Assembly: GCA_032906705.1 (NCBI GenBank) | Contig: JAJTZC010000001.1 | Span: 9,464-73,463, forward strand | Source of the DNA: Nitrososphaerales archaeon | Lineage (GTDB): Archaea > Thermoproteota > Nitrososphaeria > Nitrososphaerales > Gagatemarchaeaceae | Length of the DNA stretch: 64,000 nt | Direction: 5' to 3' | Shown here: one piece after another, positions 1-7,628 of the stretch | How the letters are laid out: the number at the start of each line of letters is the position of its first letter | Position numbering within the stretch: position 1 is the first letter of the stretch | Notes under the pieces: generated by a model | What the model was told of the DNA's origin: nothing | Database searches by the model: none | Seen by the model: only the letters and a program-made list of their open reading frames with translations | Translations under genes and position numbers: made by a program

Positions 1-87
1 GAACAGGTAGGGAGATAGGACCACCAGCAGTGTTGCGACCGCAGCAACAGCTATCACCGCGATGACGAGAGACTTGGTTCTTTTCAT
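1..87 (-). CDS. 5' end of a membrane/secreted protein (MKRTKSLVIAVIAVAAVATLLVV...) continuing beyond the window start
   Basis: Hand translation of the reverse strand from ATG at 87. Basic N-terminus followed by a hydrophobic helix. Truncated by the window edge. Confidence 0.3.
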   Translation of the reverse strand, partial: MKRTKSLVIAVIAVAAVATLLVVLSPYLF

Positions 88-155
88 CGCTGGCTTCGCC
101 ATGTGAGGAGGCTCTCCGTTGTCAGAACTTTTCAAGCCGCAATTTGATATTTGAT

Positions 156-1193
156 TCATGGGCAAGTTGACTTGAACTCTGTTATTGTGCTATTGGTTCG
201 CCCAGATGGGACATACAGGGTGGCGCATATCAGGGAGACTGGACTGAGCTCTGCTGTGAAGGTATAGCTGTGGCCTGAATACTCGACCGTAAAGGAATAG
301 CTCCCACCGTTGGTGGTATCGAGTGACATCCATTCGGTGCCGTTCGTCGTAAAGGTTTGAGTGGTTGCTGTGTTGGTGTACTCTACTCCGTTGAGGATGC
401 AGCCAGCTGGATCGTGTGTGGCTGTGACGACTGCACCTGTCACTGGCGCCAGTGTGGAATCCGAGAGGATTCTGAGAAAGGCGCCTCCGGGTTGGCCTGT
501 GATGACACAATTGGTGTTTGTGCCTGTGTATGTTACGCTAGGAGAACCGCAGTTAACGACTCGCTGACTACCTTGGGTGGTTGTGACACATGTTGTTATA
601 GTTGTGTAGCTTACGGTTGAAGTACTGGCTACAGTGCTGTTGGTAAAGACTCCAGGCGTGAAGTAGATCGACATGTTTGCGAGGTTGTATGAACCGTCGC
701 TGTTGAGTGGGACATGAATCCAGAGCGCTCCGATGACGCCCTTGGTCCCGAGGTTGGAGGGGCAAACTGCCGTCGAAGCCGTGCCATAGGAGTAGAGGGC
801 CAGATTTGTCTTTGGCGGAGAGTAGTAGGGTTTCCCGTTGTTTGTTCCCGTTGTCGCACTGTCATTATTGCCGGATGCGAGTACATAGCTCAAACCATGC
901 GACTGTTGGGCGAAGCTCTGCGTCTCCTCCACCCGTAAGGCGAGCCGCATGAGATAAGCTGGTTGACTGCAGGGTGTACTCGAACCGATGTTGCCAGTCG
1001 ATTGAAGAGGGTGGTAGAACATGCCTGGCGGCGATGTGACCAATGCAATGGTTACCGCAGCAACGATGATTGCAGAGATGACGACTGCGGCTGCGGCTGT
1101 TGTTCCGACTGCTCTTCTTCGAGGCTCCATGCCAAGTCGGTGCTTGAGAAGGCGATTTTCCATTAGTCCAGTCCAAACGGTGGTGCTCTTCAT
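156..1193 (-). CDS. N-terminally membrane-anchored, Thr/Ser-rich extracellular protein with a beta-sandwich-like C-terminal part
   Basis: 345-aa ORF with a hydrophobic helix (AAAAVVISAIIVAAVTIALV) after a basic stretch. Several N-x-S/T sequons. TATA-like GATATAG about 35 nt upstream. Confidence 0.6.
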   Translation of the reverse strand: MKSTTVWTGLMENRLLKHRLGMEPRRRAVGTTAAAAVVISAIIVAAVTIALVTSPPGMFYHPLQSTGNIGSSTPCSQPAYLMRLALRVEETQSFAQQSHGLSYVLASGNNDSATTGTNNGKPYYSPPKTNLALYSYGTASTAVCPSNLGTKGVIGALWIHVPLNSDGSYNLANMSIYFTPGVFTNSTVASTSTVSYTTITTCVTTTQGSQRVVNCGSPSVTYTGTNTNCVITGQPGGAFLRILSDSTLAPVTGAVVTATHDPAGCILNGVEYTNTATTQTFTTNGTEWMSLDTTNGGSYSFTVEYSGHSYTFTAELSPVSLICATLYVPSGRTNSTITEFKSTCP

Positions 1194-1314
1194 GGTGTGT
1201 CCGTGCCTTGTAATGACTGAGAGGATATAGTTCTACTGCCTAGAACGCTTGTTTCGGGAATTACGCAGCTACGCTTCGTGGCGCGCAGAATCGGCCGATG
1301 GGCGAGGTCACTCG

Positions 1315-1641
1315 CTAGAGGTGGAAGCCGGCGGCGCTCCCGCCCAGCTTTCCAGCTCCTATGAGGAGCAGTATTATCCCGAAGAATCCAAGTGCCGCCT
1401 GGAGGAAGGTGATCAGCAGATTGAAGCTGCTGACCATCGCGGTAGGCAGGATGATGTTACCGTTCGCTGTTGGTATGGTCGTCACACCTGCGCCGTTATC
1501 GGTCCCCGCAATCCTCCAGGTAGCCGAGTTCCCACCCGTAATGAAGAATGTCCCTATGAAGGGCGCCAGCACCGTCAGAATCAGCATGACTATGGCCCCG
1601 CCGATCATCGCGGTGCTTCCTCCGCCTCCTTCTTGGGGCAT
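1315..1641 (-). CDS. small membrane protein (two hydrophobic segments flanking a Gly/Thr-rich loop)
   Basis: 108-aa ORF with clear TM-like segments (IGGAIVMLILTVLAPFIGTFFI; LGFFGIILLLIGAG). The + strand ORFs over the same DNA are Pro/Arg-rich and look spurious. Confidence 0.5.
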   Translation of the reverse strand: MPQEGGGGSTAMIGGAIVMLILTVLAPFIGTFFITGGNSATWRIAGTDNGAGVTTIPTANGNIILPTAMVSSFNLLITFLQAALGFFGIILLLIGAGKLGGSAAGFHL

Positions 1642-1785
1642 CTACCTTGCACCCGCCCTCGTGACGGTCAGGCTCCTGCTGCCCCACTCCACCCCGGCGA
1701 TATCACCGTGCCTGTTGGGCGTGATCGTGAGGCTGCCCTTGGACTTCCCTATCTTCGCCCCGATCTTCTGGGCTTCTTCAGTCAT
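1642..1785 (-). CDS. 47-aa small ORF (MTEEAQKIGAKIGKSKGSLTITPNRHGDIAGVEWGSRSLTVTRAGAR) abutting the downstream membrane protein
   Basis: Hand translation. Its TAG stop (1644-1642) is immediately followed by the ATG (1641) of the 108-aa ORF (TAGATG junction). Below the size cutoff of the ORF track. Confidence 0.3.
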   Translation of the reverse strand: MTEEAQKIGAKIGKSKGSLTITPNRHGDIAGVEWGSRSLTVTRAGAR

Positions 1786-1868
1786 CGCGGGGCAAGTCGC
1801 GGGCGCCTAATAACGGACAATCGGACCAGTTCTGTCTAGTCTGCGTTTGGTGATAACGGGCAATCTCG

Positions 1869-2156
1869 CTATCTGATACAGAGAACGCCATTATCCATGA
1901 CGTAACAACCATTGCGCAAAATCTCGAAGTGGCCTAGATACCATGCCCCACCAACTCCGAACAATCGGTAGGTGAGGGAGCCATACGCATGAAAGAGCAA
2001 ACCACCGTCGCCAATGCTGCAGAGCCCGACAGTCCCGGGAGGGCAAGTGGTTGACCAAGTTCGGGAGATATCAACTGGGGCTAGAGGAACCAAGAAGGAG
2101 AACGAGAGAGCAACCCCTAGAGTCAGGAGCATAATGACAGCTTTGCGCCTCATCAT
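1869..2156 (-). CDS. small secreted Cys-containing protein
   Basis: ORF 1869..2225. The internal start MMRRKAVIMLLTLGVALSFSFLV gives a signal-peptide-like N-terminus. TATA-like AAATAT sits about 27 nt upstream of the 2156 start. Confidence 0.45.
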   Translation of the reverse strand: MMRRKAVIMLLTLGVALSFSFLVPLAPVDISRTWSTTCPPGTVGLCSIGDGGLLFHAYGSLTYRLFGVGGAWYLGHFEILRNGCYVMDNGVLCIR

Positions 2157-2304
2157 CACCCTTGCTGTTGCGTTCCTACTGATATTTGCTGTGGACCATT
2201 TGTCTACAGCTGTTCCAAGTCGCATTCTAGATTTCCTTAGCCAAACGAAGAGTAAACAGTACCACGCAAGGACGTTGCTTTTGCCAGTTACAGGGGCGGT
2301 ACCT

Positions 2305-3318
2305 TCATCGAATTCCCCGTCTCACGAATCCTATCGAAGCAGCGGCATAACCCAAAGCCAAGACTAGGAGACCTTGGACGATAGCACCCTCCAAGAACGA
2401 GGGCGTAAAGACGTACGAGCTAATATCTTGAGCAGGCAAGCCCGCAAGACTTCTGATATAGTAGCTGAACGCAATACCCACAGCGAAACCCAGCGCTCCC
2501 GCCACAAAGACTAGGAGCCCGAATGGCTTCAGGCCTCTCCTCGGCTCCAGCCTCCTCCCCATCAGGTAGAACGCGATGAAGAAGACGAGGGGGTAGAAGA
2601 GGTCATAGACGTAGGGTGAGTAAGGCGAGGCCATGAAGAAGCCTCTCAGGAATGCTAGCTGGTCGCTGGATTGCAGACCTAGCCTCATCGCGTCCGCCGT
2701 GCCAGATGCCGCCCATGCCAACGTCACGAGAACGAAACCCCAGACCAGGAAGCCAAGGTTCGGGGTCAACTTCCATTTCCCTAGGTCGATTCCTTCTTCC
2801 GGCTGTGAGGAGGGATAGTTCGTTCTGAAGAACGATAGGGCTACACCCGCGAGAGGTATCGCAGACAGTTCGAATGCCGAGACCAGGAACTGGAGAATCG
2901 AGCCGAAGTCGCTTGCGATGGCGTAGGAGGTAACGGCAGGCGATGAGGGGCAACAAGAGGTTATTGTAGTTACGATTCCGATAAGTTGGGGAAGACCACC
3001 TGTGACCGCACCCGAAACCGCCAGAGCCCCCAAGAGGCCGTAGTGTCTGTTGAACTCGATCTTCTTGCCAAGTCGATACGCGGCATAGAAGATGGCTACA
3101 TCGACCACCCGTTGGGTCCAGATGAGATACGACCACGGCTCGCGGGTCGCGTTGACCATGGCTGAAGGCCCGTAGATGAGGCCGACAAAGAGGAGCGGAT
3201 AGGTTGTGGGAAACTGTAGAAGGATTGCGAGTAAGAAGATTGGGACGAGAAAGCGCAAACGTACGTGCACTGGATCTCCAATAGGCGTAGGTACGGCCTC
3301 GCCAGCCGGCGCTTCCAT
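2305..3318 (-). CDS. polytopic integral membrane protein, unknown function
   Basis: 337-aa ORF with about 9 hydrophobic segments. No family recognised. Confidence 0.6.
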   Translation of the reverse strand: MEAPAGEAVPTPIGDPVHVRLRFLVPIFLLAILLQFPTTYPLLFVGLIYGPSAMVNATREPWSYLIWTQRVVDVAIFYAAYRLGKKIEFNRHYGLLGALAVSGAVTGGLPQLIGIVTTITSCCPSSPAVTSYAIASDFGSILQFLVSAFELSAIPLAGVALSFFRTNYPSSQPEEGIDLGKWKLTPNLGFLVWGFVLVTLAWAASGTADAMRLGLQSSDQLAFLRGFFMASPYSPYVYDLFYPLVFFIAFYLMGRRLEPRRGLKPFGLLVFVAGALGFAVGIAFSYYIRSLAGLPAQDISSYVFTPSFLEGAIVQGLLVLALGYAAASIGFVRRGIR

Positions 3319-3395
3319 GAATTATTCACTGCTCCTCTCCGCTATAAATCGTCAAGTTTTTCACTTGAAACACAGAATTGGGCCGCCCAACCCAC

Positions 3396-6032
3396 CTATG
3401 GCAGCGCCCGCCGCTTCTGCCTCCTCCTGATGAAGAGCAGGGCGAAGAGGAAGGCGACGAACGCGGGCATCAGGCTGTACTCGATGACCCCCATCACCTC
3501 GCCCGCCACATCGACGGACGAGAACCTCGGCGTGTTGATGCTCTCGGTCCACGTTGCGCCGTATGAATTGGTCACCACGAGCGTGGCCAGGCCTGAGTCC
3601 GTGTACGGCTTGAGCAGGGTGATGGGATCGGACCCGTATAGGGGAAGCTGGATGTTGTACCCCGAGGTGTAAGCCTGCTGCCCGTTGTAAGTGGTGGCGT
3701 TCTGGCCAGGGGAGATGACGATGGATGCCTGCTTGACCCCGGCAGACTGGAAGGTCGGCATGACGGTCACGGCGTTGTCGGTCTGCCGTAAGATGGGGAC
3801 CTCATTCTGCGTTGTAACGAGCGTTATCGGGATCCTCGCAACCCCGCCCCAGAGGACCGGCGTCTCCACGGGGAGCGTCGAGAAGTCCAGCGGCAGGGGA
3901 AGAGCTGCGTAGTGGTCCAGCCAGAGCATCTCGCCGTACTGCAGCGTGCTGCTGACGTTGACGAGCCTGAAGGGCGTCAGCTTCCAGCCCGCTCCGAAGT
4001 TGTAGAGCGACAGCGGGAAGCCCAGGGTCCTGTTCGCCAGGGGCGCGTCCACCTGCGAGGCGTCGGTCCAAGGCGCGACCCCGAGCCGGTAAGTGGTGGT
4101 GTACCCGTAGCCTGCGCCGCGAATCGTCACGATGTAACCCGTGGTCGATGTCTGGTTCAGCATCACCGAGAGCTGCCCTCGCGCCGAATACGCTTCGCTC
4201 AGGTTCATCGGGTAAAGGTCTCTGTTGAACGATTGGAGCATCTGCTCGTCGTTGCCGGTCTCGTTCTCGACGTACGAGTCGAGGTACGCCCGGAGGCTGC
4301 TCAAAGCTCTGACTTGCAGGGAGGCGCTGGCGTTCGGGGGCTCGAAGACGGAGACCGTGACGTTGGCGCTGTACGCCACGGGCTGGTAGGTGTAGTTCCC
4401 CGAGAATATCTTCAGGCGACCCGGCACGCCCAGGTTCCAGGAGTATCCCGTGACGTTCGCCACAACGTAGGTGTAATTGCCGAGGACGACGCCGTAGATG
4501 CCGGAGCGGGTCGCGTTGAAGAAGAGCTTGACCACCGTGGAATTGAGGTAGTCGTATGCAGATGCGTTGAGGTAGTTGACCCTGACCAGCGAGGTGCTGT
4601 TGATGGCCCTGAAATAGACGGCGCAGTCCGTGCATGGGCTCGCCTCAAGGTTCAGCGAGTAGGAAGTGGAGGACGGCGAGGAGACCATGTCCAAGACCGC
4701 CCTCTCGGCCAGCGTGAGCACCGAGCCGTTCCAGTTGCCGAGGTACTTCGTCATCAGGACGAAGTCCTTGTCGTAGGACCAGACCCCCTCTCCCCTGTAG
4801 AAGGGGTAGGTCAGCGTCCTGAAGTGCGGGTCGTAGAGCACGTCGGTGACAGGATTGTTCCTCTCGCCCCATCCCAACTGATAGCCCTCGTAGTTGATCA
4901 CCCTGATCTTGGTGTAGAGGTCGTGCCTCCCGTAGGTCGCGCCGAACCTCACGTTGTAGCAGAAGCTTCCGGTCGGCTCGGTGGAGGTGCCGGTGGCGTT
5001 CCTAAGCGCGAGTCCAGCGGGGTATATTGCGGTGACGTTCACCCCGATGTCAGTCCTCTGCTTCTGCCACTCGAACGAAACGCTGTACCCCGCGCAGAAC
5101 TTGTCCCCGCGGTAGAACGTCCCGTCTAGGTTCCTAGCCATGAACCCGTTCGAGTCGGTGAGGTTGACGATCCGCGTGCGGAAGTCCATGACCAAGGGGA
5201 TGATGCCAAAGCCCGTCGTGGTCCGCTTCTCCCCAAGCTCCTGACCCAACCAGTTGAGAGCGGTCGCAGTCGTCGCCACGCCAAAGCTGCCCGTCTTGTT
5301 GTTCATCTGGAAGAAGAAGTACCCCGCCGAGGCCGAGTTCTCGTAGGAGGCGAGGTTGAGGACGCTGTGATCGTAGCTCGGAGCGACGCCGACCCTGATG
5401 TCAGGCCTCCGCTGCATGAAGGGGAAGGAGTAGGTGTAGTTGATCTGGAACGCGTCGTAGGGATAGAATGTCCCATCAGGATTCCTTCTGAGCTGATGCA
5501 GCAGGGTGGTCGCGTTGACCAGCTTCGCCTGGAAGGTGAGGGAGAAGGCCCTGAGCGACACCTGCTCCGAGACTGGCACGAATGACTGTGCGTATGAGGT
5601 GGAGCAGGTCGTCTGGCTGTTCGATGTCGTGCAGGTCGTGATCGCGACAAGGAAAGAGGCGGTCGCTGTGATTGTATAGCCGCCAGTGACGTTTTCTGCT
5701 ACAAGGAAGCGCCCCACCGAGCCGTCTACCGTCGCGTTGAAGGTCGTGGGATCGTACGACCAAGTGATTCCCTGCAGCGAGCCAACCCAACTCGCGCTCC
5801 CAGAGGAGCCCGGCGCCGAAGACGTTGTGGCTGTAATAGAAAACTGGTCGCCGAGATAGAGGCTATCGTCTGGATTTGACCTAACGTAGGCAATCGATGC
5901 TGAGACGCAGTCGCCGTATGAGTCGCAAGGGTCGATCCCGGCGGCCCACGGGACAATGCTGCTCGAAGCAACCACGACAACGCTCAGAGACAAGAGAACG
6001 ATTCCGACGGCTGCCGTTCGTAAGTCCTTCAA
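3396..6032 (-). CDS. large cell-surface (S-layer-like) glycoprotein with N-terminal signal peptide and C-terminal TM anchor plus basic tail
   Basis: 878-aa ORF with a TTG start. N-terminus is MKDLRTAAVGIVLLSLSVVVVASS; C-terminus is ...PAFVAFLFALLFIRRRQKRRALP. More than 20 N-x-S/T sequons counted by eye. Confidence 0.8.
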   Translation of the reverse strand: MKDLRTAAVGIVLLSLSVVVVASSSIVPWAAGIDPCDSYGDCVSASIAYVRSNPDDSLYLGDQFSITATTSSAPGSSGSASWVGSLQGITWSYDPTTFNATVDGSVGRFLVAENVTGGYTITATASFLVAITTCTTSNSQTTCSTSYAQSFVPVSEQVSLRAFSLTFQAKLVNATTLLHQLRRNPDGTFYPYDAFQINYTYSFPFMQRRPDIRVGVAPSYDHSVLNLASYENSASAGYFFFQMNNKTGSFGVATTATALNWLGQELGEKRTTTGFGIIPLVMDFRTRIVNLTDSNGFMARNLDGTFYRGDKFCAGYSVSFEWQKQRTDIGVNVTAIYPAGLALRNATGTSTEPTGSFCYNVRFGATYGRHDLYTKIRVINYEGYQLGWGERNNPVTDVLYDPHFRTLTYPFYRGEGVWSYDKDFVLMTKYLGNWNGSVLTLAERAVLDMVSSPSSTSYSLNLEASPCTDCAVYFRAINSTSLVRVNYLNASAYDYLNSTVVKLFFNATRSGIYGVVLGNYTYVVANVTGYSWNLGVPGRLKIFSGNYTYQPVAYSANVTVSVFEPPNASASLQVRALSSLRAYLDSYVENETGNDEQMLQSFNRDLYPMNLSEAYSARGQLSVMLNQTSTTGYIVTIRGAGYGYTTTYRLGVAPWTDASQVDAPLANRTLGFPLSLYNFGAGWKLTPFRLVNVSSTLQYGEMLWLDHYAALPLPLDFSTLPVETPVLWGGVARIPITLVTTQNEVPILRQTDNAVTVMPTFQSAGVKQASIVISPGQNATTYNGQQAYTSGYNIQLPLYGSDPITLLKPYTDSGLATLVVTNSYGATWTESINTPRFSSVDVAGEVMGVIEYSLMPAFVAFLFALLFIRRRQKRRALP

Positions 6033-6108
6033 ACATCAAAGAGGCCCCCGCTGACTAAAAAGACGGGGGACTTATTAGTCGGGTAATGTTAATCCGTAGA
6101 CGGTCAAG

Positions 6109-6394
6109 ATGAAGAAAAGCCTCGGCGGACCTCTTACGGAGGAGGAAAAGAGAGACTTGGACGAACTACTCCGTGACGACGAACGCTTCGAGAAGATGGT
6201 CGACCGAGCCGTCAGGGGAATGTGGGGACCTGCCAGAAGATCAAGGCAAGCTTCTAGGTCTGCTTGAGCGGCTGAGCAAATCTCTGCCCGGAAGAGTCGT
6301 CCGGACGGCCGAGCGAAGCCCGGATGCATTGTTCGGAGAACTACTCTTCCTCAACGTCGTTCTTGAGCTGAGAGAGCGCATTCAGAGGGCCTGA
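6109..6394 (+). pseudogene. small helical protein apparently split by a frameshift (6109..6267 plus 6173..6394)
   Basis: Frame 1 reads MKKSLGGPLTEEEKRDLDELLRDDERFEKMVDRAVRG... and frame 2 continues ...DLPEDQGKLLGLLERLSKSLPGRVVRTAERSPDALFGELLFLNVVLELRERIQRA. Both look coding. The switch lies near the G-runs aggggaatgtgggga (~6215-6230). Confidence 0.3.
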
Positions 6395-6532
6395 TTGTCG
6401 GTCCGACCAATGGCTCACTGTGGGCCACAAGTCCCCTGAAGAGTTATGGTTCAATGAAGGCTACAATTCCGACCGATGTATGGGCTCAGAAGCTCTCCTT
6501 GTGAGTGAAGCTTATTAGCTGGCAGGAAGTGT

Positions 6533-6691
6533 GTGAAACTCGAGCCGGATTTGAAGCCCATCCCCGACGAAGAGGTTAGGGGAGCCATCGAGTTCGTGAG
6601 AAGCAAAGTGGCCGACCCGGTGAAGTTCGAACGCTGGGCGAACGACCTGCTCGACAGGGCGCACAATGTCGAGCGAAAGCGTAGACGCTGA
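6533..6691 (+). CDS. 52-aa small ORF (GTG start; ...KPIPDEEVRGAIEFVRSKVADPVKFERWANDLLDRAHNVERKRRR)
   Basis: Hand translation. Composition looks more protein-like than the antisense 96-aa ORF 6451..6741. Confidence 0.3.
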   Translation: MKLEPDLKPIPDEEVRGAIEFVRSKVADPVKFERWANDLLDRAHNVERKRRR

Positions 6692-6836
6692 GCTGGACCA
6701 GCTAGTCCGCCGGCTGATACCCATCGCCAAGGCGCGCGCATTACGCTCCGCCGAACTCTCTCCCGAGACCTTCGCTGAGGAACTTTGGACTATGGCGGGG
6801 CTGTACGTGATCAGGGCGAATCTGGCGGACGGCTGA
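6666..6836 (+). CDS. 56-aa small ORF (MSSESVDAELDQLVRRLIPIAKARALRSAELSPETFAEELWTMAGLYVIRANLADG)
   Basis: Hand translation. ATG at 6666 overlaps the end of the preceding small ORF by 26 nt. Confidence 0.35.
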   Translation: MSSESVDAELDQLVRRLIPIAKARALRSAELSPETFAEELWTMAGLYVIRANLADG

Positions 6837-7229
6837 ACGGCGTGCTCTCCTGTAAAGCGACAGCGCTCTGAGTACGCGTCCCGGTTCCGTCAGTCTCATC
6901 CGTGCGGGCCCCGCGCGGTAGCGGTCCCTGATCTGCCACACCAGCCTGACGAGCAGCGCCCTGTTCCTCGACGCCTCGGGGTGCGATTTGATGGCGAGCC
7001 TGACCGCCCTCCCGACGGTCAGCCTCTTGGGCCTCGACGAGCAGATCCCTTCATGGACGGCCAGCTTCTGGACGTAGTACAAGCCCCCGCAGAAGCTGCA
7101 CCTTTCAGTGGGCCCGTAAGACATGCCCAGAATGCATGGCAGATGATAAAAGCTGCCGCGGCGAAACCCGGACATGCCGTCAGGATGTATCGGGCCGCCA
7201 CAAATGACAAGGGTTGTCGGTTGCTGCAA
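6741..7229 (-). CDS. Arg-rich Cys/His (zinc-finger-like) protein of the integrated element
   Basis: 162-aa ORF with a CSFCGG...HEGIC cluster. It is the last gene of a tightly spaced minus-strand gene string. The 3' part overlaps the + strand small ORFs, so the true extent is uncertain. Confidence 0.4.
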   Translation of the reverse strand: MQQPTTLVICGGPIHPDGMSGFRRGSFYHLPCILGMSYGPTERCSFCGGLYYVQKLAVHEGICSSRPKRLTVGRAVRLAIKSHPEASRNRALLVRLVWQIRDRYRAGPARMRLTEPGRVLRALSLYRRARRSAVRQIRPDHVQPRHSPKFLSEGLGREFGGA

Positions 7230-7246
7230 GCGACAAGGGTTGTCGG

Positions 7247-7621
7247 TTATTTCGGCCGAGTCTTGGATAGCCAGCGCTTTCTCAGTTCCCTGACGTAGAT
7301 TTCGAGCTCTTCCTCACTCCAGCTCTCCAGGCCCGAGATGTCGAAGACAGCGGGGTCCGGACAGTGGATGAAGAGCTGGCGCGGTATCGCCCGCACTATT
7401 TCGCCCTTGGCCAGGTTCAGGAAGTCCTCGGTCAAGATGTACTTCCTCCTCAGCCGCGATTTCACCACGACCCTGGAGTCGACAAGGGAGCGAAGCACCC
7501 TCTCGACCAGCCTCCCGTTGAACGGGAGCCGCCTGAGCCGGCGTGAATCGAAGAACACCCCCTGTATCAGCATCTCCACCACCACTATCGCCGCCACCGC
7601 CTCCCTCATGCTCTTGGGCAA
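7247..7621 (-). CDS. hypothetical protein, possibly winged-helix
   Basis: 124-aa ORF, 7 nt downstream of the ParB-like gene. No family recognised. Confidence 0.45.
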   Translation of the reverse strand: MPKSMREAVAAIVVVEMLIQGVFFDSRRLRRLPFNGRLVERVLRSLVDSRVVVKSRLRRKYILTEDFLNLAKGEIVRAIPRQLFIHCPDPAVFDISGLESWSEEELEIYVRELRKRWLSKTRPK

Positions 7622-7628
7622 TCCTCCC

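Noticed and set aside
3396-3480. C-terminal ...MPAFVAFLFALLFIRRRQKRR of the 878-aa protein as a PGF-CTERM/archaeosortase sorting signal
   Set aside because: It has PAF rather than PGF, no Ser/Thr-rich linker immediately before it, and the second surface protein lacks any such tripeptide. A plain TM anchor is the conservative reading.
3912-5129. 405-aa ORF on the + strand
   Set aside because: It is fully antisense to the 878-aa surface-protein gene. Its composition is Arg/Pro/Gly/Val-rich and low-complexity, typical of spurious open frames in GC-rich DNA, and no motif was recognised.
6052-6062. Short imperfect direct repeat TGAC(T)AAAAAG at 6052-6062 and 15004-15013, at the two edges of the proposed island (possible att core)
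   Set aside because: Only about 10-11 nt match, with one indel, and the flanks do not extend the match. The left copy is more simply explained as the TATA-like box of the surface-protein gene. It is not sufficient evidence for att sites.
6545-6562. GGATTTGAAGCCC, resembling a tRNA T-loop on the reverse strand
   Set aside because: The flanking bases cannot form a T-stem or acceptor stem. No cloverleaf could be built here or anywhere else in the window.
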